Source: Catajapyx aquilonaris (taxonomy: Eukaryota). Taken from it: a stretch of 53,272 bases of DNA. This document shows positions 51,705 through 53,272 of the stretch, piece by piece (position 1 is the stretch's first letter; each line of letters opens with the position of its first letter). Location of the stretch: NCBI GenBank assembly GCA_000934665.2, contig KZ538694.1:1-53272 (forward strand), read 5' to 3'. The notes below the pieces were generated by a model. That model ran no database searches. It was not told the origin of the DNA and worked only from the letters and a program-made list of their open reading frames with translations. The position numbers and the translations under genes were made by a program.

Positions 51705-53091
51705 TACATTGATTTTCAAATAGTACAGCAAGTAATTCCAAGTTTTATTACAAATGAGCAAATTGCCAAATTTCCTAGCCTACAAATATATGTTAGCAAT
51801 AAAATAATTACAGTTTTAATTACAAAGTAGCATTAATTTTGTGAGAGCCAGCCCCCTTCAGGTCATGTGATGTAGGCGGGGCATGCGCACTGCTTTCCTG
51901 GCTTTGGCCAGGGGAGAGCGAGTTGGTAACCAGAGTCGAGTGACTCTGGGAGAGTCAGTACTAAAGATGGTGACCTGGAAGTTTTAATAAACCAGTGTCC
52001 ATGGAACCCAGATGTTTTCTTGGTAGAGCTAGTATCACGGGGTTGGCCCCGGGGCGCACCCGGGGTAGTCACAATTTGTTAATTTTTTTTTCATCTGAAA
52101 ATTGACCTTCTGCATTAAATAAAGTAATTGTCTGGTGTTAATATTCTACCAAATTGATTATTACTCAGCAACAAAGGCATTATGTCATACACAAGAATCC
52201 AGATTGCCCTTGCTTCACAGATCCCCCAAAAGCCAATGAGGACAAATCCTCAGCAGTAAGTGACATCCTCTCCCCCTCTTCATGACTAATGCTACATCTA
52301 GAGGGGGAGACTTACATTACTGATTCACCCAAACTCATCCTTTTTACGTGGCATTGCTTCCAATCACAGACATGGAATGCATCAGATGTGGGGAACATGG
52401 GTAGGGGAGAACTTCAGGATTTATTAGAGGCATGACCAATGTGTGGATCAATTCTTAACCACCCCCCCCCCTACCCGGGGGTTAGTTGAATTAAAGCTAT
52501 CCGATTAAGAGACCTCTTGTTTTAGTGTTTCAGATGATAATCGAAGGGTATTCAAGTCATTTGGAGCGGTATGATCTGAGATTAGAGTATGAGTCACTAT
52601 CTTTTTGTGAAATGTACAGGATGAATCGGATTATGTGAAGGTTTGAGAATTTGTGGTTATACAACGCACTATGTAAATATGAAGGCCATTAGGCTCTGTA
52701 TGTAGCACTGGTAGCAGATTAGCCTACATGAGAGAGAGAGGGCTTTACGGATCTCATACACAGGACGAGTAGATCGATCTTCTGCCCACAGCCTACTCGG
52801 TGTTACATTGTACAACGCACCTCTGCATACTGCAGTACTTTATAATATAATAACACACTACAGTTGTAATTATGTATCTAAAAATATGCACATGTGAAGG
52901 ACGTAATTTGTAACAGTAGGTTACTGGAGTCGATGGAAGTTACCTGGTAATACTTTTGAAGCATTTTTATATAAGGCAATGGAGGGGTGTTCCAAGTTCA
53001 TGAGTTTGTAATAGTTATTGTTAGAACATTTTGCTCAAAGCTGTTATTTTTTGTAGCTTGTTGTGCCCCTAATCATTTGCCATATTCTGTA

Positions 53092-53272
53092 CAGTGCTGG
53101 ACAAATTAGCCGTCGGCGTCGCTGAATGTTTTTTTCCGGCGGCTGCGGCGGCGGCGTTACCTGGCAACCCTGTCCGGCGGGCCAATTCAAACATCAGCCC
53201 ATGGAGAGCGCTTCCATTGTTGCCACTGTTTACAAATCGAGCGAGTGAGTGCGCAGGCAGAAGAGACCCGTC
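53092..53272. mobile_element. Second copy of the 41988 MITE, cut by the window end
   Basis: TA|CAGTGCTGGACA... near-identical to 41988-42132. Confidence 0.92.

Overview
Repeat-rich eukaryotic (animal, probably invertebrate/arthropod-like) genomic DNA with spliceosomal introns, microsatellites and a small N gap. The main feature is a U6-snRNA-targeted DNA transposon, best assigned to the Dada superfamily (Dada-U6 type), spanning from beyond the left edge to ~10967. It carries an apparently intact 11-exon, ~1440-aa DDE transposase gene on the minus strand (5696->47). It abuts the 5' 70 nt of a U6 snRNA gene (11037->10968), broken right after ...CCCCTGCGCAA. The element end holds a 13-bp inverted copy of the U6 ACAGAGAAGATTA sequence. 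The 11.9-20 kb region is a patchwork of duplicated modules, two of which also occur inside the transposon. The rest contains tRNA-derived SINEs (two heads sharing one tail), Tc1/mariner- and hAT-type MITEs, DINE/Helentron-like elements, satellites, and one host gene: a divergent, intron-poor dual oxidase maturation factor (DUOXA/moladietz-like) at 43364-47234 (+). Family assignments come from recognised motifs; no database search was run.
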